From Pyrodictiaceae archaeon (GTDB lineage: Archaea > Thermoproteota > Thermoprotei_A > Sulfolobales > Pyrodictiaceae), in assembly GCA_027036135.1 (NCBI GenBank), contig JALVSY010000007.1:836880-900879 (forward strand): 64,000 bases of DNA. The letters are read 5' to 3'. Made by a program: the position numbers and the translations under genes. The notes below the pieces were generated by a model. That model ran no database searches and was not told where the DNA came from. It was given only the letters and a program-made list of their open reading frames with translations. Shown here piece by piece: positions 42,394-52,334 of this stretch (within the stretch, counting starts at the first letter, position 1; each line of letters starts with the position of its first letter).

Positions 42394-42615
42394 ATGAGTG
42401 TAGCTTCAGCGATTTATGTACGTGTGCCACGTGATCTTCTACAAGAGTTCGATAAGGCAGCCCAGCTTCATGGTCTTTCCCGTAGCGAGGCCATTAGAGA
42501 AGCTATGAAGCTCTACATAAGATTCGCTAAGGCACCTGAAGTTAAGAAGCTTCGTGGAATTGCAGAGGCTAACGTGAACCCCGAGGATATAGACAAGTTT
42601 GTTCTACCTGGCTAA
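42394..42615 (+). CDS. RHH/CopG antitoxin (VapB-like)
   Basis: IYVRVPRDLLQEFD..LSRSEAIREAM; upstream of a PIN gene. Confidence 0.82.
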   Translation: MSVASAIYVRVPRDLLQEFDKAAQLHGLSRSEAIREAMKLYIRFAKAPEVKKLRGIAEANVNPEDIDKFVLPG

Positions 42616-42640
42616 TCACGTATAAGAGGGGTGATCATGA

Positions 42641-43135
42641 ATGGCTGTAAATACATTACTAGTTGACTCCACAGTTCTCATTCGCTTAGTACTAGGCAAA
42701 GAGGGAGCCGATTTCGCTATTAACATCTTTAGTAGAGCAGAGGAGGGCGTTGAAGACATAGTTATACCGAGTACAGCGCTAGTAGAAGCCCTATCCAAGA
42801 CAGCTGTAGCGGCTGCTAACGGAGTAGTAGGGGGTGACGTTAAGGCCGGTATAGAGGCTCTCTATACCAATATAAATGCTCGCGAAAAGGCCGTAGAAGC
42901 CATAGAGAAGCTATCATCCTATCTCATGTTCCTACACAAGACAGGGAGAATAACGATATACAATGTAAGCGCCGATGATATAGAGAAGGCCGTTGAGCTC
43001 ATGAGAAGGAATAACTTAAATTTATCAGATGCAATAACACTAGCCGTTGCCGAGCGACTAAGAATACAGAAAATCGCGACGTTCAGCAAGAAGCTAAGAC
43101 AAGTCACTGGCTATACCTTCCTCCCATCAGCGTAA
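42641..43135 (+). CDS. PIN-domain (VapC-like) protein
   Basis: LVDSTVL, ALVE, LSDAITLAVA, IATFS. Confidence 0.82.
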   Translation: MAVNTLLVDSTVLIRLVLGKEGADFAINIFSRAEEGVEDIVIPSTALVEALSKTAVAAANGVVGGDVKAGIEALYTNINAREKAVEAIEKLSSYLMFLHKTGRITIYNVSADDIEKAVELMRRNNLNLSDAITLAVAERLRIQKIATFSKKLRQVTGYTFLPSA

Positions 43136-43167
43136 CAGAGATTTGCATAAATAATAGCATCTATTCC

Positions 43168-44478
43168 TTATTTTTGCACTATCATATCAATCCCTAATTC
43201 CTGGAGCCTCTCAGGACCAAAGGGTATGAGACCTATTACCTTGTCCGCGTCAAGGAGTAGAAGCCTTCTTCGCCTTGCCAATGAGGCGCTGAGTATAAGA
43301 AAGCAGGACGCTGGGTCAAGACCACTACACGTATATTGATTCCTAGCCAGCCTAGCGACAGGCTTAATTACTCGCACTCGTTCATCTCCTTCTAGATATA
43401 TTTCTGCTCCCAGCTCGGCCCCAACTCTCTCTAATGTCTTGGAAACCAGGCCTTCAAGTAAACTAGGCGCTATTCCGGCAATACCGCTGCCACCGACTAT
43501 GCTTGCCTGTGCTGCCAGAGGGGCAATAAGCTCTGGGATATTATCCACGGTGTATACAAAGTTTCTAGGAGCAGAGTATGATAGAAGGAATTGCTCATCA
43601 CGCTGCTCGATATCATAACCTATTATACCTAGTAGGTAGAGGAGTTCCTCCCTCTCCTTCTGTCCAAAGCTCTTCACATCTAGGGCTATCTCGGCTCTTC
43701 CGCAGAGACTTGCATACATAGCTATGCTAAGGGTTTCCGCTACTCCAGAACGGGGCTTTAGCTCCCCTATTCCCGTATCGCTTATCTTTTCTACTCTGAT
43801 TAAACCATTAGCTTGTTCTACGTCGTATCCAAGCTTACTAATAATATCTATTGCTGCGTCAAGCCTGCTCAGAGCATAGAGGCTTGGCAGAAGTACTCTG
43901 ATAGTAACTGATTCGGAGACACTGATAAGTGCTAGTAACGCTGAGGCAACAAGTGTAGCATTCCTTGCGCCTAATCTGAGAATACGGGGCGGTGGAGCTG
44001 CTAATTTCTCGACAACAAGGTATCTTTGCGCAGAGCCTCCACCCCAGATACGTGCACCTAGCGATGCTATGACTTCCCTAAACTCACGAGTGTTGAGGGA
44101 AAGAAGGTATTCTGAGCCAGTCGCTCTTAGTATTAACTGTGATCGGGGAGGTGCTTGTACAGCGAAGAAGGCTGCTGCAAGCTCGGCTACGAGTAATCCA
44201 CAGCCAAGGTTAAGGCGATGAGTAAGAGGCCTAAACGGGGTATTCTCTTTTTTCACGAGCAGTTTTTCCGACGATAGCTTCTCGGTGCGGTAGCCGAGGG
44301 AAGTCAGCAAAGCGATAGCCTCTCTTATGCATGTATTCCTCGTATCTATGGGGGCTATCTCTGCTTCTCCCTGGGTAGCAGCCGCGAAGATAGCTACCAG
44401 GCTGCTCCATAGCGAGGGAAGGGGCTCTAACTCGCCGCTGGGCTCTAGGCATTCCCTAACATAGAGCTTCACGGGCAT
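43168..44478 (-). CDS. Divergent EPSP-synthase/MurA-fold protein
   Basis: Size and N-terminal pattern (SGELEPLPS..AAATQGEAEI..LTSLG; DNIPELIAPLAA) resemble AroA; catalytic K/S/R residues not seen; start overlaps the upstream stop. Confidence 0.5.
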   Translation of the reverse strand: MPVKLYVRECLEPSGELEPLPSLWSSLVAIFAAATQGEAEIAPIDTRNTCIREAIALLTSLGYRTEKLSSEKLLVKKENTPFRPLTHRLNLGCGLLVAELAAAFFAVQAPPRSQLILRATGSEYLLSLNTREFREVIASLGARIWGGGSAQRYLVVEKLAAPPPRILRLGARNATLVASALLALISVSESVTIRVLLPSLYALSRLDAAIDIISKLGYDVEQANGLIRVEKISDTGIGELKPRSGVAETLSIAMYASLCGRAEIALDVKSFGQKEREELLYLLGIIGYDIEQRDEQFLLSYSAPRNFVYTVDNIPELIAPLAAQASIVGGSGIAGIAPSLLEGLVSKTLERVGAELGAEIYLEGDERVRVIKPVARLARNQYTCSGLDPASCFLILSASLARRRRLLLLDADKVIGLIPFGPERLQELGIDMIVQK

Positions 44479-45503
44479 CACCTTACCGCGTATACTAGTA
44501 TAACGAGGAGCGAGATAATGCATTGAAGCAGCGCTATGAATACAACAACTCCGGGCTCGGTAGCCTTACCGCGGAGTTTTCTCTGAACTCTTATCGCTAA
44601 GTGTGTTAAACTATATATCTTATCATAGGGCTCAACTAGTGTGCCATCTGGAAGTACTTTAGCGAAGTTCTCCTTATATACGCCATTGAGCAAGCCTCGT
44701 ATAAATAACAAGAATTCAACAAAGTATAAGGTGAAGAAAGCTATCCCGGCTTTCTCCATATTGCCGAGGATGACTAGTGCAGCATAGTAGGCGCCGAACC
44801 CATAAGTGAAGGTGTTCCCAGGAAATACCTTAGCGGAATACCAGTTATAAACTAGGAAGCCTAGAACAGCTAGCGCCATTATGACTGAGAGCGCTTCGAC
44901 TAGATATAGACCCTTTATCGCGGAGAACGCCGCAATAGACACGGATAACAGGATAGCCATTGTTGCTTCGAGCCCGTTATAACCGGCTATCATGTTGAAC
45001 GCATTAGCGGCGCCAAGTATGCCTACTGGTACAGCTACAAGAGGGTAAAGCAGGCCGAGATTAACTACCCCGATAACTGGTAGAGCTATGCGTGAGACAC
45101 CAGCTTTTATCACTACTAGTGGAAGGGATATAGGAGCCATGAATACTATTCTCTGCCACCTAGGGAGCCCCTTCTTCCATCCAAGCAGGTCATCAAGGAA
45201 GCCTAGCAAGGCTGATAAGAGGAGTAGTGCCACTAGTGCAAATGTCTCAGCTATATAATAGTATACGCCGGATAAGTAACGATAAAGAGCTATTAGTGCC
45301 ATAACCCCAAAGCTCCCAGCTATCATCGGCCAGACCCCGCCAGCTTCTGCCACCTGGGGCCTCTCTGGCTTGTTCATGTCTTTTCCGACAAGCCCTCTCT
45401 CATGTGCTACTCTAATCCACGCTCTTGTTGTCACTATAGAGGTAATGAGTGCCACTAGGGATGATGCGGCGACATATCCGAGATTAATGCTCGTTGTTGT
45501 CAT
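44478..45503 (-). CDS. aglH: UDP-GlcNAc:dolichyl-phosphate GlcNAc-1-phosphotransferase (MraY/GPT family, AglH-like)
   Basis: GKDMNK, EAGG, GFLDDLL, NAFNMIAGYNGLE, KVFPGN; multi-TM. Confidence 0.82.
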   Translation of the reverse strand: MTTTSINLGYVAASSLVALITSIVTTRAWIRVAHERGLVGKDMNKPERPQVAEAGGVWPMIAGSFGVMALIALYRYLSGVYYYIAETFALVALLLLSALLGFLDDLLGWKKGLPRWQRIVFMAPISLPLVVIKAGVSRIALPVIGVVNLGLLYPLVAVPVGILGAANAFNMIAGYNGLEATMAILLSVSIAAFSAIKGLYLVEALSVIMALAVLGFLVYNWYSAKVFPGNTFTYGFGAYYAALVILGNMEKAGIAFFTLYFVEFLLFIRGLLNGVYKENFAKVLPDGTLVEPYDKIYSLTHLAIRVQRKLRGKATEPGVVVFIALLQCIISLLVILVYAVR

Positions 45504-45593
45504 GACCTATGCACCGCTATCTATTATCGAGGTAGTGTATGACTCTGTGGATATAGGCAATCTCTGTGCCTTTGAGACGCAGGTAGTTGTTTA

Positions 45594-46262
45594 GTGCCTC
45601 TGCCTCACCGTGTACGGCCCGAGGTGGTTGTAACGGTATTCCATATATTTAATGTCTTAGCAGAGCGCTATGATAAGTGGTATGATAGGAATTGGATAAC
45701 TGCGTTGAATGAACTACGCCTAGTGAAGGCAATGGTTCCCTCCGAGAAGAGTATCTGTGTTGAGGTAGGTGGTGGCACTGGTTTCTTTGCCTCAAGACTG
45801 GGTTGTATTAATGTTGACCCGGCGGAGAAAGTACTAGTTATCTCTAGGAGAAAAGGCGTTGACCCAGTACAGGGAGTTGGCGAGTTCCTTCCAATAAGAC
45901 ACAATTCCGTGGATGTTGTCCTAGTCATAGTTACCCTGTGCTTTGCCGATGAACCGGCAATGCTGCTTACCGAGTCAAGAAGAATATTAAGAGATAACGG
46001 AGCATTAATAGTATGTATCGTTCCCCGTAACTCGCCATGGGGAATATACTACACTTCACGTAAAGACAAGTCACCGTTCTACCGCTATGCCCGTTTTTAC
46101 ACAGTGCTAGAGCTTGAAAAAATGCTAAGCGATATAGGATTCATAATTATAGACGAAAAAGGTGTGCTTAGCTATAAGCCCTGGGAGAGACCTAGGTACG
46201 AGTCCCCTACGAGGCCTACTCAGCGACATGGCTTTGTGTGCATAAAGGCCACAAAGAGGTAG
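45594..46262 (+). CDS. Class I SAM-dependent methyltransferase
   Basis: AERYDKWY, VEVGGGTGFF, GEFLP, VTLCF. Confidence 0.85.
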   Translation: MPLPHRVRPEVVVTVFHIFNVLAERYDKWYDRNWITALNELRLVKAMVPSEKSICVEVGGGTGFFASRLGCINVDPAEKVLVISRRKGVDPVQGVGEFLPIRHNSVDVVLVIVTLCFADEPAMLLTESRRILRDNGALIVCIVPRNSPWGIYYTSRKDKSPFYRYARFYTVLELEKMLSDIGFIIIDEKGVLSYKPWERPRYESPTRPTQRHGFVCIKATKR

Positions 46263-46370
46263 ATGCATTGTACGATACATCCCCCGGAAACATGTTTTTT
46301 ACCTAGATTCCGTCCCCTTATCATTACGGAGTCTTATAAGTTGGTAGGAAAAGGAGGGGGTATATAGGGA

Positions 46371-47210
46371 TTGGCCTCAAAGGCAGCGCTCATAGCAACA
46401 ATTGTAGTAATAATCGTAATAATCGCAGGTATAGCGGCCTATTATGCTGTTAACAAGAGCAAGCAGCAGACGACTCAGAGCAAAACACAGAGCCCGCGCC
46501 CGCCACAACACAGAGCACAACAAAGCAAAAGAAGTGTCTCAGGGTAGGAACATCACCAGACTTCCCGCCGTTTGAGTACATAGCTAAGAATGGCAGTATA
46601 GTTGGCTTTGACATGGATTTGATAAAGTTGGTTGCGCACAAAGCCGGTTATAGCTGCGTAAAGATAATATCGATGGATTTTGATGCATTAATACCAGCGC
46701 TCCAGCAGGGCAAGATAGACGTCATAGCTGCGGGCATGACTATTACTCCCGAGAGGGAGAAAGTAGTTGCCTTCACTATACCTTACTGGGAGGTCGACCA
46801 AGCAGTAATTGTTAGCAAGAAAAAGCAACTTTAGGCCAAAGAATCTAGAGGATCTAGCAGGTAAAACTGTTGGTGTCGAGACCGGAACAACGGCAGCCGA
46901 ATACCTAGGGAAGTATGTAAAAGAGCACAAAGTAAACATAAAGATAAAGAGATATACTAGCTATGTACTAGCAGTACAGGACCTAGTAAATGGTAGGATA
47001 GATGCAGTTATGCTCGATGTGCCAGTTGCGAAAATGTTTACCAAGAAATACCCAGTAGTTATTGCATTCATTGTCAAGACCGGCGAGAAATATGGTTCTG
47101 CAATCAGGAAGAGTGATACAGAGCTACTAAACAAGCTTAACCAGGCACTAAAAGAGATAATGAATAGCCCAGAATGGAACAAACTTGTTGAGAAATACTT
47201 TGGCAGCTAA
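46371..47210 (+). pseudogene. Polar amino-acid ABC transporter substrate-binding protein, two frameshifts
   Basis: TM leader from TTG 46371; LRVGTSPDFPPFEY, GFDMDL, FDALIPALQQGKID, VGVETGTT lie in three frames; shifts at C-run ~46493 and A-run 46820-46824. Confidence 0.8.
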
Positions 47211-47252
47211 GCCGCCACGCATAATGAAATGAAATTACTAGGGGGCAGAGCT

Positions 47253-47934
47253 TTGAACCCTATAGCGTTTTTGAGCCACTAAGGCCATACATAGGCGTCA
47301 TATTATCGGGGCTTCCTACTACACTGATACTAACGTTTGGGGGTTTCGGGATAGGATTCCTAATTGGACCTTACTGGCTTTTCTCGAGGTCTATGGACCA
47401 ACTTGGGTATCACGTATAGCAACCGCTATAGAGGAGACTATCAGAGGAATCCCTCTTCTTGTCATCTTGTTCCTAGTATTCTTTGGTCTTCCCTCTATTG
47501 GCATCCAGCTCTCTCCAATAGCGTCAGCTATAATAGCAATCGGTATACGTAGCTTCGCATATCAGTCACAAATTATACGCAGTACTATACTTTCTATCCC
47601 ACGGGGCCAATGGGAGGCAGCACTTAGTCTCGGAATGAGCCCGATTGAGGCCTTTATTAATGTCATAGCTCCGCAAGCTTTTCGCACAGCTATCCCGGGT
47701 CTTGTGAATCAGTTCACTATTGACCTCAAGGATACTTCTCTGGCTTACGCAATAGGCGTTGCCGAGTTGTTCACACAATCAGTCCACGTAGCACAAGTTA
47801 TACTCGATTATATGCCTCCGCTTGTCTTTGTGGCTCTCATATACTTCGTCCTAACCTATAGTGCAAGCCTCGGTGCAAGTTTTCTCTATAAGAGACTCAG
47901 CATACCTGGTTTAGGAGGCGGGCAACAAGCATGA
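47253..47934 (+). pseudogene. Amino-acid ABC permease (HisM/GlnP type), two frameshifts
   Basis: IRGIPLLV, GQWEAALSLG, LKDTSLA; shifts at T-run 47268-47272 and CC 47369-47370. Confidence 0.8.
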
Positions 47935-48688
47935 CGAGTGACATAGTGCTAAGAGTGGAGAACCTTTGGAAAAGCTATGGAAGGCTACAAGTACTTAGAG
48001 GAGTCAGCTTTACTATACGACGTGGCGAGGTCAAAGTAATAATAGGTCCCTCGGGTTCAGGGAAATCAACTCTTCTCCGGTGCATCAACTTATTGGTACG
48101 TCCTGATAAAGGCCGAATAGAGCTAGAGGGCCACGAGGTATTCCCGCATCCATCGATGAGTATAAGCAAGATAAGAGAGAGAATAGGCTTTGTGTTTCAG
48201 CAGTTCAACCTCTTCATGCATCTAACAGCACTCGATAATGTCAAGATAGGACTAATCAAGGTAAAGAAGATGAATAAGGAAGAAGCAACAAAGAGGGCTA
48301 TCGAGGCTCTCCGCATGGTGGGGATAGATGAGAGCCTATGGAGCAAGTACCTGCCCAGCTAAGTGGTGGGCAGCAACAACGCGTAGCTATAGCACGCGCT
48401 ATAGCAATGGAGCCCTCTATAATACTCATGGATGAGCCAACATCGGCTCTAGACCCAGAGCTAGTAGGGGAAGTACTAAAGGTTATTGAGAAGCTTGCTA
48501 AGCAGCGAAAAACAATGCTCATAGTGACGCACGAGCTCGATTTCGCGCTTGAAGCAGCCGATGAGATAATGGTCCTGGACCACGGAGTCATAGTTGAGAA
48601 GGGAACGCCAGAGGAAATACTCCGTCACCCCAAGCACGAGAGGACAAGAAGGTTCATAGAAAGAATAGCGAGGAGAACACAGATATGA
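47931..48688 (+). pseudogene. Amino-acid ABC ATPase (GlnQ type), one frameshift
   Basis: GPSGSGKS, FQQFNLF, then LSGGQQQRVAIAR and DEPTSALDPE in another frame; KYPAQLSGG broken at CC 48350-48351. Confidence 0.85.
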
Positions 48689-49371
48689 TAAGCGGGTTGG
48701 CCGGGATACTAGCGTCCTATGGGCACCTATTACTATATGGGCTAAGAAACACGCTCATATTAACAGCAATCTCGTTCGCTATAGGCTTCAGCCTTGGCTC
48801 ACTCATAGCTATGGGCAGGGTCTATGCCCCAACCTGGCTAAGAGCCCTCCTCGTAGCATACGTTGAAGTTATACGCGGTACACCAATGCTCCTGCAATTA
48901 TTCATACTCTACTACGCATTACCCGATGTAGGGATAAAGCTCTCTGCTATGATGGCAGCCATACTAGGTACGGGACTTAATAGTGCAGCCTATCAATCAG
49001 AGTACATCTGTGCATCCATAAAAGCCGTTCCCAGTGGCCAGTGGGAGGCGGCACTAAGCCTCGGCATGACTAAGTTACAGGCAATACTAAGTATAATCAT
49101 GCCGATATCTCTTAGATCAGCGTTACCTGCGCTAACAAACGAGCTAGTCTATTTGCTAAAGTACTCGTCAATAGCGTACTTCCTAACAGTGGTAGAACTC
49201 GTTTACGCGGGCGAGATAATAGGCTCAGAGACATTCATGTATGTACAAGTATACACAATAATAGCAATAATATACTTGGCCCTCTCACTGCTAATAACCA
49301 GAGGAATGAAACTCTTAGAAAAGAAAATAATGATACCAGGACTAGCCGTAGAAGCCGTCCAGAGAACGTAA
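48685..49371 (+). CDS. Amino-acid ABC permease
   Basis: YVEVIRGTPML, GQWEAALSLG, LLKYSS. Confidence 0.88.
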   Translation: MISGLAGILASYGHLLLYGLRNTLILTAISFAIGFSLGSLIAMGRVYAPTWLRALLVAYVEVIRGTPMLLQLFILYYALPDVGIKLSAMMAAILGTGLNSAAYQSEYICASIKAVPSGQWEAALSLGMTKLQAILSIIMPISLRSALPALTNELVYLLKYSSIAYFLTVVELVYAGEIIGSETFMYVQVYTIIAIIYLALSLLITRGMKLLEKKIMIPGLAVEAVQRT

Positions 49372-49436
49372 ACTAGATAAAACCACGCATAGAAACACTA
49401 TACTCACTATACATGGCCGCCGGGAAGCCCGCCGGG

Positions 49437-49513
<77 letters not shown>

Positions 49514-49552
49514 CACGAACCCGACCCTTCTACGCCTAACAGGTCAGAGAAC

Positions 49553-50017
49553 ATGGCCGCGGAAGCTCAAAAAGTCATACCAGGCAAGACTAGTACTAGA
49601 CACGGGGCACAGGAAATGAGCATTAGCATCACGAGAGCGGTAGACAGCATACTAGACATACTAAGCAACGTGCCCCCGGCCTACAGGCTACAAGTCCTAA
49701 AAGAAGCCGAGAAGAGACTACAGCCGGTAGTTGCTGAGGAGAAAGGGCTTGTGAGAAAAGTTATCCGTGTTAGCCGTTCATTTAAGGTATCATTGCCACG
49801 TAGATATGCAGGACTTGAAGGCTCCTATATTATTCAAGTTGAAGGCAGACGACTTATCTATGTACCAAAAGAAAAAGGTGATGTAAAAGTACGCAACGAT
49901 AGAGGTTCGAGAGTAATCGTTGTTCCTCTACCCAAGTGGGCTTATGAAGCAATAGGTTCTCCCATGTTTGTGCGTCTCCGTCTTGAAAACGGTAAGATTG
50001 TCATTGAGCCCGTTTAA
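49553..50017 (+). CDS. Double AbrB/SpoVT-like DNA-binding protein, copy A
   Basis: VRKVIRVSRSFKVSLP and VVPLPKWAYEAIG..VRLRLENGKIVIEPV; alternative start 49616. Confidence 0.7.
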   Translation: MAAEAQKVIPGKTSTRHGAQEMSISITRAVDSILDILSNVPPAYRLQVLKEAEKRLQPVVAEEKGLVRKVIRVSRSFKVSLPRRYAGLEGSYIIQVEGRRLIYVPKEKGDVKVRNDRGSRVIVVPLPKWAYEAIGSPMFVRLRLENGKIVIEPV

Positions 50018-50507
50018 GCCTGTTAGCCTTGGCGGGGGTTATGCCGGGCAAGACTAGTACTAGACACGGGGCACAGGAAATGAGCATAGCCGTGGACAGA
50101 CTAGTAGACACCATAGCCGGCATGCTCCTCCAGCTACCAGCCCCCCAAAGACTAGAAGTACTAAGACAAGTAGAAGCAAAAATAAGGCCAACAACCAGCA
50201 AAGACGAACTAATAAGAAAACTCACGAAGGTTAGCGGAGCATTTCAAGTTGCTTTACCCGCTAGGATGAAGCAACTTGTTGGAACTTACAAGGCCCGCAT
50301 AGAGAGTGATCGTCTAATATTATTACGTACGCATGGAAGTAGTATAGATGCGCGAATAGGCTTCTACGGTAGTGTGCTCAAGCTACGCCTCCCTAAGCGT
50401 ATTGTAGAAGCTTTGGGCTTCCCTGAATATGTTCGAATTCGTATAGAAGATAGCAAGATAGTCATTGAGCCTGTTTAAGCCTGTTAGCCTTGGCGGAGGG
50501 TTATGCC
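50000..50507 (+). repeat. Direct repeats at junctions of the AbrB-like tandem array
   Basis: GTCATTGAGCC(C/T)GTTTAAGCCTGTTAGCCTTGGCGG..GGTTATGCC at ~50000 and ~50461; GGGGCACAGGAAATGAG at ~49604, ~50068 and ~50545. Confidence 0.9.
50041..50478 (+). CDS. Double AbrB/SpoVT-like DNA-binding protein, copy B
   Basis: IRKLTKVSGAFQVALP and LRLPKRIVEALG..VRIRIEDSKIVIEPV; alternative start 50080. Confidence 0.7.
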   Translation: MPGKTSTRHGAQEMSIAVDRLVDTIAGMLLQLPAPQRLEVLRQVEAKIRPTTSKDELIRKLTKVSGAFQVALPARMKQLVGTYKARIESDRLILLRTHGSSIDARIGFYGSVLKLRLPKRIVEALGFPEYVRIRIEDSKIVIEPV

Positions 50508-50952
50508 AGGGACGCAAGTAGTACAGACAAGGGATAAGACACCTGGGGCACAGGAAATGAGTACTAGCATCATGAGGGCAGTAGACAGCATACTAGACAT
50601 ACTAAGCAACGTGCCCCCGGCCTACAGGTTACAAGTACTCCGCATAGCCGAGAGCAAGATACGACCAAACATTGTAGGAAGTGGCGAGCTTGTAAGAAAG
50701 GTAAGCCGCAAAAGCCGTTCCTATGAACTAATTCTTCCGCTAGCCTATGCACACCTCGAGGGCACATACAAGCTTACACACATAGAAAGAAGACTCATCT
50801 ACGAAAGAAACGAGAACGGTGAAGTAAGAGCCCGAGTGAGAAGTTCGGCCCTACGTCTTCCTCTCCCAAAGTGGGCTTATGAGGCTATAGGTTCTCCTGC
50901 TTTTGTCCGTGTTCGTGTAGAGGATGATAGGATCATTATTGAGCCTGCTTAG
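50503..50952 (+). CDS. Double AbrB/SpoVT-like DNA-binding protein, copy C
   Basis: VRKVSRKSRSYELILP and LPLPKWAYEAIG..VRVRVEDDRIIIEPA; alternative start 50557. Confidence 0.7.
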   Translation: MPGTQVVQTRDKTPGAQEMSTSIMRAVDSILDILSNVPPAYRLQVLRIAESKIRPNIVGSGELVRKVSRKSRSYELILPLAYAHLEGTYKLTHIERRLIYERNENGEVRARVRSSALRLPLPKWAYEAIGSPAFVRVRVEDDRIIIEPA

Positions 50953-50961
50953 GGGTGTGTT

Positions 50962-51615
50962 TTGGATCGTAGGCGCCTAGTTCTCACTGTTTTATTCTCC
51001 TTGGCTTTGTTCTCCCTATTGCCTCTGTCTATCTGGGTTATGAATAGCTTTGATTTCCCGTGGCTCTTTCTCGGCGTGTTCGGCCTGATCCCTGTTGGTT
51101 ATGCGTTGCTGTGGCCTTATAGGCTCGTGTTTCTGGCTATGCTGCTCGTGCTTGCTGGGAGCGGGCTACTCTACCGACACGGGGACCTCTTGTTTAGCCT
51201 TCTCTTCTTCTTGGTGCCCTACGGCGTGGCCTGCGTCGCCATAGCTTATCGTATTGCTGAGAGGCTTAGCCCCGTGGAGTGGGTGGAGCCCAGCTACCCC
51301 GAGGAGCATGAGGAGCCCGGGGGCTACGAGGAGTATAGCCTTGCAGATTCTAGGCCGAGGTGGAACCCCTACGCCGACTCGAGGCCCGTGCTGCTGCGCC
51401 GAGGCGGGTCCTCAAAGCCCGAGACGGGGGAGAAAGAGGAGGACCCGTGTGGCGGCGACCAGCTCATAGACCTGTTGCTGGAGAAGGATGCGGAGGACCC
51501 CGAGGTCGAGAAGAAGCTCAGAGAGTACATGGAGTGCAGAGCCAAGTGGTTCATAGAACACTTCCACGAGTGGGAGCAGAAGCATGGGGTCAGGGTTGGG
51601 AGGAGACATGCCTAG
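50962..51615 (+). CDS. Membrane protein (4 predicted TM helices, acidic C-terminal tail)
   Basis: Hydrophobic N-terminal ~100 aa; GGGGTG RBS-like site upstream. Confidence 0.65.
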   Translation: MDRRRLVLTVLFSLALFSLLPLSIWVMNSFDFPWLFLGVFGLIPVGYALLWPYRLVFLAMLLVLAGSGLLYRHGDLLFSLLFFLVPYGVACVAIAYRIAERLSPVEWVEPSYPEEHEEPGGYEEYSLADSRPRWNPYADSRPVLLRRGGSSKPETGEKEEDPCGGDQLIDLLLEKDAEDPEVEKKLREYMECRAKWFIEHFHEWEQKHGVRVGRRHA

Positions 51616-52330
51616 CGCCGTTGCAGTGACGCGATAGGCACCACCTATACATTTCATCGTCGCTGATTCCTTCCCCCTCTGTTGTCCATTTCGGTATTAG
51701 CTCTCTGAAGGTGTCATACCGTATCAAGACTATGAGTCTGTCGAGATTTCTGCGGCGGAGGCACTTGTAAAGAGAACAAAAGAGGTCGCGATCATCCGTA
51801 ACTACAGGAAAAGGCGGCCTGGTTATGCCCGCGCGGCTCGAGGCGGGAACTGCCGCGGCCACGTCGTAGGCCAGGAGAATACCCTCAACGACGGGAAGAT
51901 CCTTCCCTATGTTCTTACGGCACGCCTCCCTCGCAACGCAATGGAGTAGCCAGCCCCGGTGCCTCAGGGCGATTTGGCGGTTTGACCTCTCCTCAACGGC
52001 GCGGCGAATCCTCGCGTAAGCGGTTTCATCGGCGTCAACAGGGACTACTTGCTCTGTGCGCAGCATGTTCTCCAGCTCCTCACGGAGACGGTTAAGAATC
52101 TCTGAGGGCTCCATGTCCCAATGGGAGACTGCTCTCTTTGTCACAAGCTTAGGAAGCTTACGCTCGGCCTCCTTCACTATGTACTCCGTGACGAGGACCT
52201 GGAGGCGCCCTGACTCCAGGAGGAGTCGGAGCGGGGTGCCTTGGCCCCGGTGCCGAGCGGTCGCAATTGCGTAGAGGAGCCTTAGCAGGCTATTGGTGTC
52301 GGTGAACACGAGTGCATATTTCCGCACCAA
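51590..52330 (-). CDS. PIN-like domain protein (putative toxin)
   Basis: VFTDTNSLL, YIVKEA, KDLPVV, VVTDDRDL carry the four acidic PIN positions. Confidence 0.72.
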   Translation of the reverse strand: MVRKYALVFTDTNSLLRLLYAIATARHRGQGTPLRLLLESGRLQVLVTEYIVKEAERKLPKLVTKRAVSHWDMEPSEILNRLREELENMLRTEQVVPVDADETAYARIRRAVEERSNRQIALRHRGWLLHCVAREACRKNIGKDLPVVEGILLAYDVAAAVPASSRAGITRPPFPVVTDDRDLFCSLYKCLRRRNLDRLIVLIRYDTFRELIPKWTTEGEGISDDEMYRWCLSRHCNGARHVSSQP

Positions 52331-52334
52331 CGCG

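Noticed and set aside
49553-50952. CRISPR array suggested by recurring direct repeats
   Set aside because: Repeats are ~460-480 bp apart and belong to duplicated genes; there is no 24-40-bp repeat/spacer periodicity and no cas genes.
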